Shown here piece by piece: positions 30,330-41,138 of a stretch of DNA of 64,000 nt (its first letter is position 1; every line of letters begins with the position of its first letter). The position numbers were made by a program, and so were the translations under genes. The notes under the pieces were generated by a model. It was not told the DNA's origin. It did not search any database and saw only the letters and a program-made list of their open reading frames with translations. The stretch is from an uncultured Thermoplasmata archaeon (lineage in GTDB: Archaea > Thermoplasmatota > Thermoplasmata > UBA10834): NCBI GenBank assembly GCA_963719945.1, contig CAVRDX010000002.1:1-64000 (forward strand). Direction: 5' to 3'.

Positions 30330-30827
30330 ACAATTCGCCGAGGCGGGCCGAGAGCAGGTCCAAATCCATGCGGCAGTCTGATGGCAATGAGAGTGTGATT
30401 ATTAGGCATTCCCTGCAGGTCGTCAAGTTCTCGAGCGTGCATGTCTCCTTCAAGATCGTCCATCCTCCAAAGGGCCTAACCCCCGATATGCGCCGCTAGA
30501 CATAAAGGATACTGGCGCCCTTTGCTCACTGTATAGATTCATCCATAGGCATGGTTAACCCTCGCCCAAGACCCTCATCTGGCAGTCACCCTCGGATTGC
30601 AGCTAAAACTACCATGTGGCAGTCGAAATGAATGCGACTCCATTTCTCGGAATTAACAAAGAGAGGATGTCGAGGGTTGTCCGAAATGGCCAACCGTCTC
30701 GTTTCAAAACCGATAGTATGCACCTTGAGAGAAGGCTGCAAAACAGGATGCATGCGGAAGGTTCTCACGCCCTTTAGAACGACGTCCGCAGGAGAATCAG
30801 GGAGAATTCTGGTTCAGAGAGACCGGC

Positions 30828-31775
30828 CTATCTCTTCTTCACCGCGATCACCGCAATCTCGCCGCCGGTCTGCGTGATGTCCATAGAGCTCTCCATGACA
30901 ATGTAGCCATTCTCGGGCGTCTTGACCTCTTCCACAACATCCCCGAAGAAGTCCCGTATCCTCGCAATAGTCGCGCCTTTCCTGACCAGATCACCCGGCT
31001 TCACAGTATACTCGATGATGCCGCCCTTCTCGGACATAACGTCTTGCACGCAGTAGCCTTTCTCTCGGATGACGATGCAGGACTCGATCTTCTGAATCGC
31101 GCCTTTGACCACCCCCATATGGACCAGCACGTTCCTCATCGCGAGATATCCAGCCTCCACGCTGCCCCAGTCAATTGTCTTCCCTCCTCCCAGCTCGATC
31201 GTCACGCTCGGGATGTTCGCGGCGCTTGCGACAGCACCGAGACTAGCTGCAAGGTTCTGGAGGGAGTATTCCTCTGGTGCGTGTTCCTCGATGACTGTCA
31301 AGCCTGTCGCCTCCGCTAGTAGGTCTGTCTTCACTTTCATATCACCTGAGAGGCGGTCAATCAGGATCATCGGTAAGCCCACACCCATCGTATGCAGGTC
31401 GATTATGACATCGTGCTTCTTTGCCACTTCCCAAATCTTAGCCGTCAATCTCTCGGAGGTGGTTCCATCCGCCTTGCCCGGATAGAGCCTGTTCAGGTCG
31501 ACATCCGTCTCGGGAATTCCCCTGACGCTGAAGCTCAGCCCTTCAGGGTTGAGCACGGGCATGATTGTGACGGTTCCCTTGACCTCCCTGTCCTTAAGGA
31601 AGTCGTAAAGCCTCCACAAGCTCGCCTGGCCTGTCAGTTCGTCTCCGTGTACCGCAGATCCAATGAACAACGAGGGGCCATGGCCTCCCTTGTACTCGAT
31701 GATCGGAAGCGCGACCGTGCTCTTGTCTGCTCTCTGTCCAACTTCGAGCATTCTCCTAGAAACCTTGACGGACAT
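30828..31775 (-). CDS. Succinylglutamate desuccinylase/aspartoacylase family (M14) hydrolase
   Basis: HGDE, DLNRLYPG, IDLHT, TIELGG, C-terminal barrel-sandwich. Confidence 0.9.
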   Translation of the reverse strand: MSVKVSRRMLEVGQRADKSTVALPIIEYKGGHGPSLFIGSAVHGDELTGQASLWRLYDFLKDREVKGTVTIMPVLNPEGLSFSVRGIPETDVDLNRLYPGKADGTTSERLTAKIWEVAKKHDVIIDLHTMGVGLPMILIDRLSGDMKVKTDLLAEATGLTVIEEHAPEEYSLQNLAASLGAVASAANIPSVTIELGGGKTIDWGSVEAGYLAMRNVLVHMGVVKGAIQKIESCIVIREKGYCVQDVMSEKGGIIEYTVKPGDLVRKGATIARIRDFFGDVVEEVKTPENGYIVMESSMDITQTGGEIAVIAVKKR

Positions 31776-31982
31776 TGTACGACCTGCAAGGGAATCGACA
31801 TCACATCTTTAAGCCTCTTTAGAAGACACTCACTCCCATCTGAGGAAACCGACCGAGGACAAGACTCCCGTTCGAATCCCTCATGTAATGCTCAGGATCA
31901 GTTGCGTCATGGTGATTCGAGAGGCCCTAGGAGAGACGAGGGACAAGTGCATGCGGCTCACCGTGCAGGTGGCCCACCAGAG

Positions 31983-33152
31983 TTATCCAAGCCACTCCAA
32001 GGATTCCCCATAGAACGGTTTATCCCGGTCTTCTTCCGACACGTAGTGAGCAACCTCCTCGAAGAAGGACATCGGCTCGAAACACGCCTCTGGCGGTACG
32101 ACACCGCGAACAGAGACCTCCCCCCGGAGGACTCTAAAGGCCGCGACTGCCAGCGGAACACTAGTGTAGCCTACACCGACGGGCCAACATGTGTAGCGGG
32201 CCCGCCTGCCGTCTTTCAACCCGGTCGTAACAATCCACATGTCCCATCCGGGAGCACTCCCTTTCAACCAATCCTCGTGATCACTCTCGATTGTCTCCAG
32301 GAACGACCGTGTGGCCTCCTTGATCGAACTCATATCTCGAGATATCCGCTTAGCCTCTTGATGCGCCAACTGGCTTATCTCCAAAGGAGAGATGCCACAC
32401 ACACACGACACACTACGGAGACGGGAAACGTAGCGAGGCAATGTAATCTGCTCCGGGCTGGCACACGGATAGGCGGTTAGGATCATTCCCCGGGGAGATC
32501 TTAATTCAACACCGTGCTCGAGCGGGTCGACCATTATCCATGACTCATCACGATACACTCGGACGGGCCCACTGATTAGGCTCATGACGAGCTGCCAGGA
32601 TGAGTCGACTCTGCCACTCTTTCCAAGTCCACTGATGGCATCGCGCAACAGCTCATCGGGAAGGGCCAATTGGTAGCAGAACATCATCTCGTTGACACTG
32701 TCGAACTGCCTGCTAGAATGCACCGCAAGTAGGTTGTCTATGCCAGGGTCAAGACCCATTCCAATAATTGCGACGACGTCATGCTCCTTGGCCAATGAGT
32801 CTAGCTCGAGTTGTCTCTCAGCCGTCCGTCCATCAGCTCCGAGGTCGCAATAGTGAGTGCCTGCGTCGACAGCTGCTCGAAGCGCTGGGAGAAGGACTTC
32901 CCACTCGGGCCCCGCCGCGTTGACCACAATGTCATAGTCTCTTGCCACCGAAGTGAGACGGTGCTCGTCGCGGATGTCTACAAGCACTGAGCGAGCCTTG
33001 TCCCCGATTTCTGATGCACGGCGTCTGAGAACACTTTCGTTCCTGCCTGCGAGGCCGAGCTCAGAAACGACTTCCGAACGTGCTAGGCACAGAGCAGCAC
33101 CCTCGCCGAAACGGCCAGATCCTCCCAGGAGAAGAACACGCACTGAGACCAC
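31983..33152 (-). CDS. Saccharopine dehydrogenase-like NAD(P)-binding oxidoreductase
   Basis: GGSGRFG, VNAAGP, HYCDL, GMGLDPG, GVVPPE. Confidence 0.88.
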   Translation of the reverse strand: MVSVRVLLLGGSGRFGEGAALCLARSEVVSELGLAGRNESVLRRRASEIGDKARSVLVDIRDEHRLTSVARDYDIVVNAAGPEWEVLLPALRAAVDAGTHYCDLGADGRTAERQLELDSLAKEHDVVAIIGMGLDPGIDNLLAVHSSRQFDSVNEMMFCYQLALPDELLRDAISGLGKSGRVDSSWQLVMSLISGPVRVYRDESWIMVDPLEHGVELRSPRGMILTAYPCASPEQITLPRYVSRLRSVSCVCGISPLEISQLAHQEAKRISRDMSSIKEATRSFLETIESDHEDWLKGSAPGWDMWIVTTGLKDGRRARYTCWPVGVGYTSVPLAVAAFRVLRGEVSVRGVVPPEACFEPMSFFEEVAHYVSEEDRDKPFYGESLEWLG

Positions 33153-33581
33153 CCGAAATGGAAATCCGGTCTAAGGTACATTATCCTTCTTAGCGTTCGA
33201 TGAGGAAGTGGGAGAGATGCGCTCGGGTTGACAACCCTTTGATTGAGAAGGGGCCGAGGAAAACCCGTAGAGCGGAAAAGAAGAGACAAAGGTTTCTTGA
33301 GGTCCTGCCGCTCAGGGCTCACTCAAGTCGGATAAACGTTCACGGGGGAACCAGTATCAATTTTCCTTCAGCAGTTATTATACCGGTGTCGTTGGGGTAT
33401 TCAGAGGTGACTCGCTACACATAGATTGTATTATGTCACTCATGATCATCATTCGACGGTTACGCGTATGGAATGAGTCGCAGCCTGTGTGACATAATCG
33501 ACAGCAACATTCATCTTTAGATGAATCAATGAATCCTCAAATCACTTGATGCAGCATATTGACTCAGGGGCGATCGACTAG

Positions 33582-34031
33582 ATGTGTTCAGTATATTTCG
33601 TGTGCCACGGAAACACCTGCAGAAGCCCGATGGCTGCTGAGATCTTCCGACATGTCACCAAGATGAAAGGAGTCGAGGGCATCTCCGTTGATTCCTTTGG
33701 AATCAAACCATACTGTCCTGACAATCCGAAGGTGAAGGAATTGAGGGAAGCCGCAGTGACCGAGGTCATGGGCGGGCTCATCGAATTATGTCGGCATAAA
33801 CCCAAGGGCATCGAAGGTGTGGACCTGAAGTCGGAGGATCTGTTGGTCATATTGAATCCTGATGATATGCCTGCGCTCAAAGAACAGATCGCCAGGACAG
33901 AGACTTTTCCCAGACTCATAGTCTGGGACATCGAGGATCCTTTTCTCGAGCCCATCGAGAAGTATATCGAAAGCGCGAGGGCCATCAAATCTGCGATCGA
34001 GCGCGATCTGCATCTCATCTTAGGAGATTAG
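33582..34031 (+). CDS. Low-molecular-weight phosphatase / ArsC family protein
   Basis: FVCHGNTCRSPMA P-loop; WDIEDPF. Confidence 0.88.
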   Translation: MCSVYFVCHGNTCRSPMAAEIFRHVTKMKGVEGISVDSFGIKPYCPDNPKVKELREAAVTEVMGGLIELCRHKPKGIEGVDLKSEDLLVILNPDDMPALKEQIARTETFPRLIVWDIEDPFLEPIEKYIESARAIKSAIERDLHLILGD

Positions 34032-34121
34032 GGTACGCAAGAGACATTGGCCGCGTGGCAATTGTGAGTGGTCTCGAAGACCCTCACCCACCATGAGATC
34101 GCAGACATCGTCCGTGGCCGA

Positions 34122-35258
34122 TCATGCGCCTGTCCACACAGGCGCGGTCCATGCGGTCACACCCGGGAGGCCCAGTTCGTTCGATTGCGTGGACACACGG
34201 ATGTAGTAGTAGGTCGAACCGGCTGAGTCCAGTGTCACCGTGCCGTCGAATGTGCAGCTGCCGTCACCTGTCATGTTCTTTACGACCTGGCCTCCGTCCG
34301 AGACAATCTCCACCCATGTGATCGCATCGCTCGCGACCCCGTCCGGGTCCTCGATGTGAATGCCCGCAGTGAAGGACGACTCGCCGTTCAACACCGACCC
34401 CATTACAGCACCGTTGAGCGTGAAGCATATCTCGAGGTTGCTGTCCTGGGTCGCATATCCTCTGCCCTGCCGCATCGCATCGTACAAGTCATCTCTTGAG
34501 AGACTCTGCGCCAAGAGCACCGTCCTCACCTCATAGCCGGATATCCACTCGCCGTAGTGGTCGTCCGATGTGGCGGTCGGCATCATGTGCCATCCAGCAT
34601 CCAGCGCCTTGATATAGCTCGACTCGCGGTCTCCCCAGTTGTAGCACTCGATCATGCCCATTGCCAGGTCGCGTTCCTCGTTGCAGAAATCGAACTGGTA
34701 GTAGTCCCAGCAGACAGGGCAGCCGTATGACAACGGATGGTTCCACTGCCCGATTGCTCCAGGCTCCTCTGCAATCCAATCGTATATCCACGGGAACAAC
34801 GAATCGCCAGTCATCCGATCCCCCTCAAAGTGCGGGTAGGGTTTGGAGACGGCGTCCGGGGGCATGTTCCTCGTGCCGTAGATGTTGATCTCGTTTATTC
34901 CTGGGATGAAATACTCGTATCCCGCCATTGCGACGAACTCTCCATCGATATCGTGTTCGTCAGCTGAGCGCAGTATGTCATTCCACTCCCATTCGAGCAG
35001 CAGGTAATGATGGTCCGTTATCGCCATGAAGTCAGCGCCAGCCGCCCGAGCTGCCTCGAACGCTTCATCGGGCGTGCCCTCCCCGTCGGAATAAGATGTG
35101 TGAGAGTGCAGGTCGCCGAAGTACAGGTTGTACACGGGAGCGGTATCTTCCGCTCCGACCGTGCGTACGGTCGCTCCGCAGAAGGGAACGCTGAGCATTG
35201 CGATCACAAGAGCCAAGGACAATCCTGAGATGAGCCTTCTTCTGAACATGTTTGACAA
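34122..35258 (-). CDS. Secreted PHP-like metallohydrolase (CehA/McbA-like)
   Basis: Signal peptide; GDLHSHT.YSDG, AITDH, NHP, SDDH, AWTAPVW. Confidence 0.85.
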   Translation of the reverse strand: MSNMFRRRLISGLSLALVIAMLSVPFCGATVRTVGAEDTAPVYNLYFGDLHSHTSYSDGEGTPDEAFEAARAAGADFMAITDHHYLLLEWEWNDILRSADEHDIDGEFVAMAGYEYFIPGINEINIYGTRNMPPDAVSKPYPHFEGDRMTGDSLFPWIYDWIAEEPGAIGQWNHPLSYGCPVCWDYYQFDFCNEERDLAMGMIECYNWGDRESSYIKALDAGWHMMPTATSDDHYGEWISGYEVRTVLLAQSLSRDDLYDAMRQGRGYATQDSNLEICFTLNGAVMGSVLNGESSFTAGIHIEDPDGVASDAITWVEIVSDGGQVVKNMTGDGSCTFDGTVTLDSAGSTYYYIRVSTQSNELGLPGVTAWTAPVWTGA

Positions 35259-35404
35259 GTCCCCCCGACACCAGGCTATCGGAAGGGTATCTCCCAGAGT
35301 CTATATTTTGATTACTGACTCGGGGCAGAAGCCGCACTAGAAAAATGCCGGGCAGCAAGAGCTCGATCCTTGGCCCGGCAGTAGTGAGAAGATACTGTGC
35401 AAGA

Positions 35405-35827
35405 TCATTTCTTGGCAGGCATGTTGCTGTTCCATATATCTCGATGAAGATGCCATGAGCCCTCGGCATCTTGTCTCCACAGAACCATGTACTTGCCCTT
35501 ATCCTCAAAGGGCGTCTGTCCCTGCGGGTGTATCTTGAGTGTATAGTTCCCGATCTCCTCCACCGTGTCGCCTTTCTTGTGTAGCTCGACCGTTGACAGG
35601 ATGGCGTCTCGTACTCCCATCTTCATCGCGCCGTCCCAGAATTTGGTCGTGCCTTCTCTCCCACGCACCGTCTCCATGTTCGGAGGCATCAGCAACGCGT
35701 CCTCGGTATACAGCGCGCCTACAGCAGCTGCGTTCCCTTTCCTGATACCCTCGCCGAACCTGATGTTCGCCTTTTCGATCTCCTTCCTCAATTCCTCGGT
35801 CACTTCTTCACCCCCTCCTCGAACCAT
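35405..35827 (-). CDS. NTF2-like/SnoaL (DUF4440) protein
   Basis: LYTEDALLMPP, GKYMVLWR..DG.W...RDIWN. Confidence 0.88.
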   Translation of the reverse strand: MVRGGGEEVTEELRKEIEKANIRFGEGIRKGNAAAVGALYTEDALLMPPNMETVRGREGTTKFWDGAMKMGVRDAILSTVELHKKGDTVEEIGNYTLKIHPQGQTPFEDKGKYMVLWRQDAEGSWHLHRDIWNSNMPAKK

Positions 35828-35985
35828 TCTCGAGGCTCCTTATCAATGGGCTCCGACGGCTACAATATCCTTTTCATCCGAAGCATCGTCAGTTGCCGGA
35901 TCATGAGGTATTCGCCTCACGTCCCGTCAGTCTTTATATAGCGAACATGCATAGCAGATTTCAGCGAATCAGTGGAGGATTGGCT

Positions 35986-37848
35986 ATGAGAGTCAGTGTG
36001 TTAATCATTACAGCATGCATGATGACATTATGTTTCAGTTTCGTCAATGTACCTGCGAGTGCAGCGGTTGAGGGATGGGAGGACCCAATAATGGTTCAGC
36101 CCAACATCGAGTACACTCAATGCGACACTCTGAGGATAGACGACCAGGGGAATGCGCTGATCGTCTGGGAACAGCCTTGGGGCAACTTCTCTGACCCGGC
36201 TGTTTGGGCACGGCAATACAACCGTGTGCTTGGATGGAGCGAGCCTGTAAAGATATTCGATGAAGAATTCTGGTGCGGATATACGACCATGAGCATGTCG
36301 TCCAATGGAAGGGCGATCGCCGCCTGGGGGGGAGCCTCCGAATCGGATGACTTGACACGAGTATATGGGCGATTCTTCGACCCGATCTCGGGCTGGGGAC
36401 AGACATGGATAATGGCAGATTATCAGTCAGGCATAGGCTCGATCTCCGTCGATGTCAATGATGATGGCGATGCTGCATATGTCTGGGGCGGTCTCGGGAC
36501 ATTGTATGTGAGCATTTACGATGATACGACCGGCTGGAGCGACCCAGAGATGATCAACAGGATCGCATCTGATCCGATCATCGCCCTCGACAGCTTCGGA
36601 AATGCGCTATTGCTCTGGAACAATCATGACCTTGAAACAGTCGAGGCCATGAGATATGTTCCAGGGGAAGGTTGGGGAGAGATAATCAGCGTCAGTGGCA
36701 CGGTCGGCGGATTCCGGGCCACCATGGGGATGGATGAATCTGGGAACGCACTGGCCGTGTGGTCCTACAACGACATGGTCACCTGGAGTCTCTACGCTGC
36801 CTCATTCACTCCATCGAACGGGTGGAATGCCCCCGTCAGGATTGGCCCTTCGGAGAATGGAATGTACCCCGGCTATGCGAACGTGGATTCGGGAGCGGAA
36901 GGCGAATTCTTCGTCACTTGGCAGCAATCAGACTCCGATGCTATGGATGACCAGTCGGTCTGGGCTAAGCGCTGGACTTTGGCAGACGGATGGGATGATT
37001 CAACGAGGATCAGCTCAGCGGGCCATTGCTACTATGGCATGTGGCCAAGCATCAGCGTCAACAGAGCAGGGCAGGCAGTCGTCGCATGGACCCAGGGCGA
37101 TGTAGGCGCCACTCTGGTCGATGCTAGGATGAGCCGATACACGCCTGGTCTGGGATGGAGCGCTCCGATGGTCATTGACAATTCCGATGAGTTGAACGCT
37201 TGGTGGGGCAGGGTCGTCATCGATCCGCTTGGGAACAACATCGCCACATGGAAGCTGGATTTCGGCCAGTGTATCTTATGGGGTTCGGTGTACAAGGCAT
37301 ATTGGGCACCCGATGTCATGATATCGGAGCCTCTTGACGGCACGACGACGGACGTATCTCCGATAATGATCAGAGGATTTGCCGAGTCGGGATCGATCCT
37401 CACTGTGAATGGCATGCCTGCTCCAATCGCAGCGGATGATTCATTCGAAGTGGAAGTCAGTCTATCGCCAGGGGAAAACTTGATTGTCGCCAGGGCAACG
37501 GATGACTTGGACAGATACACTGAAACCAGCATCACTGTGATCTTTGCCAAGGAATCAGGCGACCCAACGGCAGTCATCGATGTCTCATCAACCCACAACT
37601 GGAAGTTGTGGAGATTCGACGGCAGAGGTTCGACGGATGATGTGAAGGTCGTAGGATATCTGTGGGACTTCGGCGATGGAACATCCTCGACATCGATTGT
37701 GACGGTTCACAAGTACCAGAAGGCAGGAGTCTATCTCGTGACACTGACGGTCTGGGACGACGAGGGAGGATCAGACACCGCATCGCTGAAGATCACCGTG
37801 GGATCCGGCGGAAGCCTGAAGATGAGCCCTCAGAGGAACCTGAACTGA
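35986..37848 (+). CDS. Secreted beta-repeat protein with Ig-like and PKD domains
   Basis: Signal peptide; repeated GW..P...D..GNA..VW units; FDGRGS.DD...Y.WDFGDG...H.Y...G.Y.VTLTV PKD motif. Confidence 0.85.
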   Translation: MRVSVLIITACMMTLCFSFVNVPASAAVEGWEDPIMVQPNIEYTQCDTLRIDDQGNALIVWEQPWGNFSDPAVWARQYNRVLGWSEPVKIFDEEFWCGYTTMSMSSNGRAIAAWGGASESDDLTRVYGRFFDPISGWGQTWIMADYQSGIGSISVDVNDDGDAAYVWGGLGTLYVSIYDDTTGWSDPEMINRIASDPIIALDSFGNALLLWNNHDLETVEAMRYVPGEGWGEIISVSGTVGGFRATMGMDESGNALAVWSYNDMVTWSLYAASFTPSNGWNAPVRIGPSENGMYPGYANVDSGAEGEFFVTWQQSDSDAMDDQSVWAKRWTLADGWDDSTRISSAGHCYYGMWPSISVNRAGQAVVAWTQGDVGATLVDARMSRYTPGLGWSAPMVIDNSDELNAWWGRVVIDPLGNNIATWKLDFGQCILWGSVYKAYWAPDVMISEPLDGTTTDVSPIMIRGFAESGSILTVNGMPAPIAADDSFEVEVSLSPGENLIVARATDDLDRYTETSITVIFAKESGDPTAVIDVSSTHNWKLWRFDGRGSTDDVKVVGYLWDFGDGTSSTSIVTVHKYQKAGVYLVTLTVWDDEGGSDTASLKITVGSGGSLKMSPQRNLN

Positions 37849-38178
37849 GATGTCGTAGCACCATCAGCGGATAGATGCATTCGAACAGTATAGCCTAGAT
37901 GCTGGCAATACTCGTCTCAATCCGAGTTAACGGCAAAAGCATGCTCGAGAACAGTCATGAATAGCAGAGACGAAAAAGCCGAAACATGCGGTCCAAATTC
38001 GATTCCATCTGATGGGTGGTGACCGTTCACAATTGTAGCAACACGCTATTCATTGGAAACACTGACAGGTTGATATTCCACAGTCCGCTGCCCAGGAGCA
38101 TGAAGACAGTTGGACGCATGGGAAAGAAATCTCAGGATTTCAAGGCAGAGACAATCACTTCAACGGAAAAGAATGTGT

Positions 38179-38196
38179 GAGGCCCTTTAGGGCCTC
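38179..38196. terminator. Hairpin GAGGCCCT-TT-AGGGCCTC
   Basis: Perfect 8-bp stem 10 nt past the stop of the 38207-39883 gene, between convergent genes. Confidence 0.45.
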
Positions 38197-38206
38197 TTTA
38201 AGAGAT

Positions 38207-39883
38207 TTATAGTTTTATGCTGCCCTTGGCGAAGGTCCTCACGGAATCACTGCCGCTGAAATCCAGGCAACCGGCAGCACTTCCAGCCACAAGAATATCA
38301 ACTGTTTCGCCGATTTCCACGCCAGCAGCGATGAGCCCTTCAACCACTTCAGTTTTCAGGAACTTAACCATAAGGTCAGGGATTCCATCTTCATCGTAAT
38401 CACATATATCGGTCGGCTCATCGACAGCCCATGCGAGCACGCTATCTAGATCAGGATAGCACAGTCTCAGTGTTGAGATATCAATCAAAGACACATCGTA
38501 TGTGGACTCGGTCACCAATACATCGTCGAAATGAGCATGGCGGGCGGCTGCTCCCTGTCTCAGACCAATCTTCCCTGATAGATAGGGACTCACCGATTCA
38601 TCTGTATAGGTGACGACAGGGTCTGCCCCGTCATCCAGATAGACACTGATGCTCGCTCCTGACGCAACCACTGTGATTGAATACCACTCGCCAACGGCGA
38701 CAGTACATTGTTCATAGGCCATCAGCGTGTAGACTCCAGCTACGGCCTTATAGATACAAATGCCAGCATCAGAGCCAACTTGAGGATGGACGAGATATCC
38801 GTTTAATCCATCGTCATCCACCCGTACAAATGCACTTCCTTCCCTCGCAGCGCCACCATCGTCGGAGCAAATTCTGACATTGTATCCCAGTGTATAATCC
38901 GTCCAAGATGTGTCGCCGGTGACGAGGGTGATCTCTTCGACACCAGCAGCAGGTACTGGGCTGTAGACCCAATCAAGAGAATGACCGACACCAGTCGTAG
39001 ACAGGTCCTTCTCTATCATCCATCCGCCCGATACTTCGTCCCATTCTCTCTCGAAATCATCACTGAAGAGCATGCTTGAGGCTTCACTGACTCGCACATC
39101 ATCGAACCATGCAGAGTATGTGCCGAGCGGCACAGTTGAAGTCCCGACCTTATCATAGAAGATGAGTCCTACTCTACCCTCCAAGTAAGGGTCACTAGAG
39201 GTATCCACATAGACATCTTGCGGGCTTGGCCAATCAGCTTGGGTGACTGGCTTGTAGCATAATTCGATAGTGTTTCCAGTGAGGATTATCTTCATATCAT
39301 ACCATTGGTTCGCAACTATCACCGGGAAATCCTGCGGAGTCTTATCACACTCGACCCGCAACCACATGCCGTTCGTGTGCTTCCAAATCTCTGCCACTTG
39401 CTCTGCCGAATTCAGATAGGCACTGTAATACGTCTTGCCTTCAGCATCTGCTCGGACAATGAGCCCCCAATAGGTGTCAGATGTATAGACCCTGGCTTCA
39501 AGAGTATAATCGGTCCAATCTACTTCGCCTGCAAATATGGCCGTACCCCTAGTCTCAACAGATCTTGCTTCGAAGAAATGATTCCCAGCTGAGTCCGACA
39601 ACACCTTCCATTCGCCACGGTCCTGATCGACCCAGTCCAACTCAAAATCATCTGCGAAGAGTACCTTGTCCAACGGCCCTTCGATATGAGCAGTAACGTA
39701 CTCACCACTACTTTCCATGTTCAAGGAGTCCGCAAAATCGACCGTAACCGCACTGGAAAGACCAACCAGACATGCGATCAGAACGGCAAGAACACCAGCG
39801 ATATGAGTGCCAGTCAACCCCTGGTATTTCGGCGGCTCCAAGACTGTTCGTCTAACCTTCCTCAACTTCCTAGTCTTCATCAT
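38207..39883 (-). CDS. Secreted protein with two DUF1080/LamG-like beta-sandwich domains
   Basis: Two WTDYT...G...R...Y...WY...GxIGL...FDDV repeats; C-terminal DYDEDGIPDLMVKF motif. Confidence 0.8.
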   Translation of the reverse strand: MMKTRKLRKVRRTVLEPPKYQGLTGTHIAGVLAVLIACLVGLSSAVTVDFADSLNMESSGEYVTAHIEGPLDKVLFADDFELDWVDQDRGEWKVLSDSAGNHFFEARSVETRGTAIFAGEVDWTDYTLEARVYTSDTYWGLIVRADAEGKTYYSAYLNSAEQVAEIWKHTNGMWLRVECDKTPQDFPVIVANQWYDMKIILTGNTIELCYKPVTQADWPSPQDVYVDTSSDPYLEGRVGLIFYDKVGTSTVPLGTYSAWFDDVRVSEASSMLFSDDFEREWDEVSGGWMIEKDLSTTGVGHSLDWVYSPVPAAGVEEITLVTGDTSWTDYTLGYNVRICSDDGGAAREGSAFVRVDDDGLNGYLVHPQVGSDAGICIYKAVAGVYTLMAYEQCTVAVGEWYSITVVASGASISVYLDDGADPVVTYTDESVSPYLSGKIGLRQGAAARHAHFDDVLVTESTYDVSLIDISTLRLCYPDLDSVLAWAVDEPTDICDYDEDGIPDLMVKFLKTEVVEGLIAAGVEIGETVDILVAGSAAGCLDFSGSDSVRTFAKGSIKL

Positions 39884-40199
39884 TCCATTCCTCCTACGTC
39901 TCTTGCACGGATCCTCTTAGATCCTGCACTGGCCTTGGGAGAACTGGAATAGCAGTGGCATCAATTGAGTAAAAGTTTCACAAGATGGTCGACAATGTCC
40001 GAATTCATAGACGATGTATGCTCCAGGCTTGTCATTCCCCCAATCCCACCCGAGCCCACTAACTCGGATAGAAACCGCAGTGCCTACTGACTCTATAAAT
40101 CTTCTCAAAGGAGACGCGACGTTGATGTCATAATCGATGTGATTGATTGGAATTCCATAGTCAACTGAAAGGGTCCTCAGGAACATATCGTCCATTGAA

Positions 40200-40511
40200 A
40201 TGACTGGGAAGGAGAGGACTCGAAGAGCATCTCGAAGGAAGATGATCATAGAGTCAAAGGTGGACATAGACTACGAGAGGCTCCATGCTGACAGGCTCAC
40301 GATGGCGGTAGCCGAGCAGCAGCTCATGGGGCATATGCCCAGCAGCGTATATGCACAGGACTGGCGATTTGACGGGGCGAGCTTTTCATGGAGAGCTTAC
40401 TCGGCCGCAGCGACCATGGACGAGGATGTACGAGCGCTCCTCTGGTTCACGGGATTTACGGTTGTAGCCATCACAGCATTGATAGTGATATGCACATTCC
40501 TGTTCTGGTAG
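40200..40511 (+). CDS. Small membrane protein, paralogous to 28794-29054
   Basis: RRASRRKMIIESKVDIDY plus a C-terminal TM helix. Confidence 0.5.
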   Translation: MTGKERTRRASRRKMIIESKVDIDYERLHADRLTMAVAEQQLMGHMPSSVYAQDWRFDGASFSWRAYSAAATMDEDVRALLWFTGFTVVAITALIVICTFLFW

Positions 40512-40597
40512 AGTGCAAGAAAGATGAAGAGAAGGAAAGAGTTTGATAATGGCTCAGAAACCAGATGCATCTCCCTGATAGAGATAGCCACTCATCA

Positions 40598-41002
40598 CTA
40601 GACAGGAGTCATCTCGAAGTGCACATATGTGGGGTTCTCGCCCAATAATCCGACGGGATAATCGTATTTCCATTCAGTCTGGTATCCTGCCATCGTCACG
40701 ACCATATCATAGTCCCCATATGGAACATTATTGATGGTCGCCGTTCCATCGCTCTTGGTATATGCTTCCTTATCAATGCCTATGATTTGGAGCAGCGCCC
40801 CCTTGATGAATATCAATGGATTACTGTCCTCAACATAGACCACTGCCACTACGGAATACTTCAGATTCCCTCCGCCACCGGGAGTCGGATCCGCTGCATT
40901 TACGAATCCGGGCAGTATTGTCACAAGACCCACTACGATCACAATCGCCAAGCATAGACAATGCCCTCTATGGGATAACCGTGGTTCGGACCACATCGCC
41001 AA
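40598..41002 (-). CDS. Secreted carboxypeptidase-regulatory-like (prealbumin-fold) protein
   Basis: Signal peptide; IKGA...T.SDG...NVPYGDY...AGYQ. Confidence 0.7.
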   Translation of the reverse strand: MAMWSEPRLSHRGHCLCLAIVIVVGLVTILPGFVNAADPTPGGGGNLKYSVVAVVYVEDSNPLIFIKGALLQIIGIDKEAYTKSDGTATINNVPYGDYDMVVTMAGYQTEWKYDYPVGLLGENPTYVHFEMTPV

Positions 41003-41138
41003 TTCCTCCGAGAAGTCATCGAAGAAGCGCGCTATATAGGTTTCATTCTCCCACCCTTTCGACCAAACAAAGCAGACATATGTATTAATAATCAGACATT
41101 CATCTTAGTACACAGACGCCCATTTCAAAGGTGCACCC

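Noticed and set aside
31392-32480. 362 aa plus-strand ORF
   Set aside because: Antisense shadow of two well-supported minus-strand genes; no motifs.
33233-33246. 13/14 match to 22773-22786 (AACCCTyTGATTGA) as a second att site or integrase relic
   Set aside because: A match this short is expected by chance in 64 kb, and there is no flanking similarity.
39917-40267. 116 aa minus-strand ORF
   Set aside because: Overlaps the conserved paralogue on the other strand and has no recognisable motif; left uncalled.
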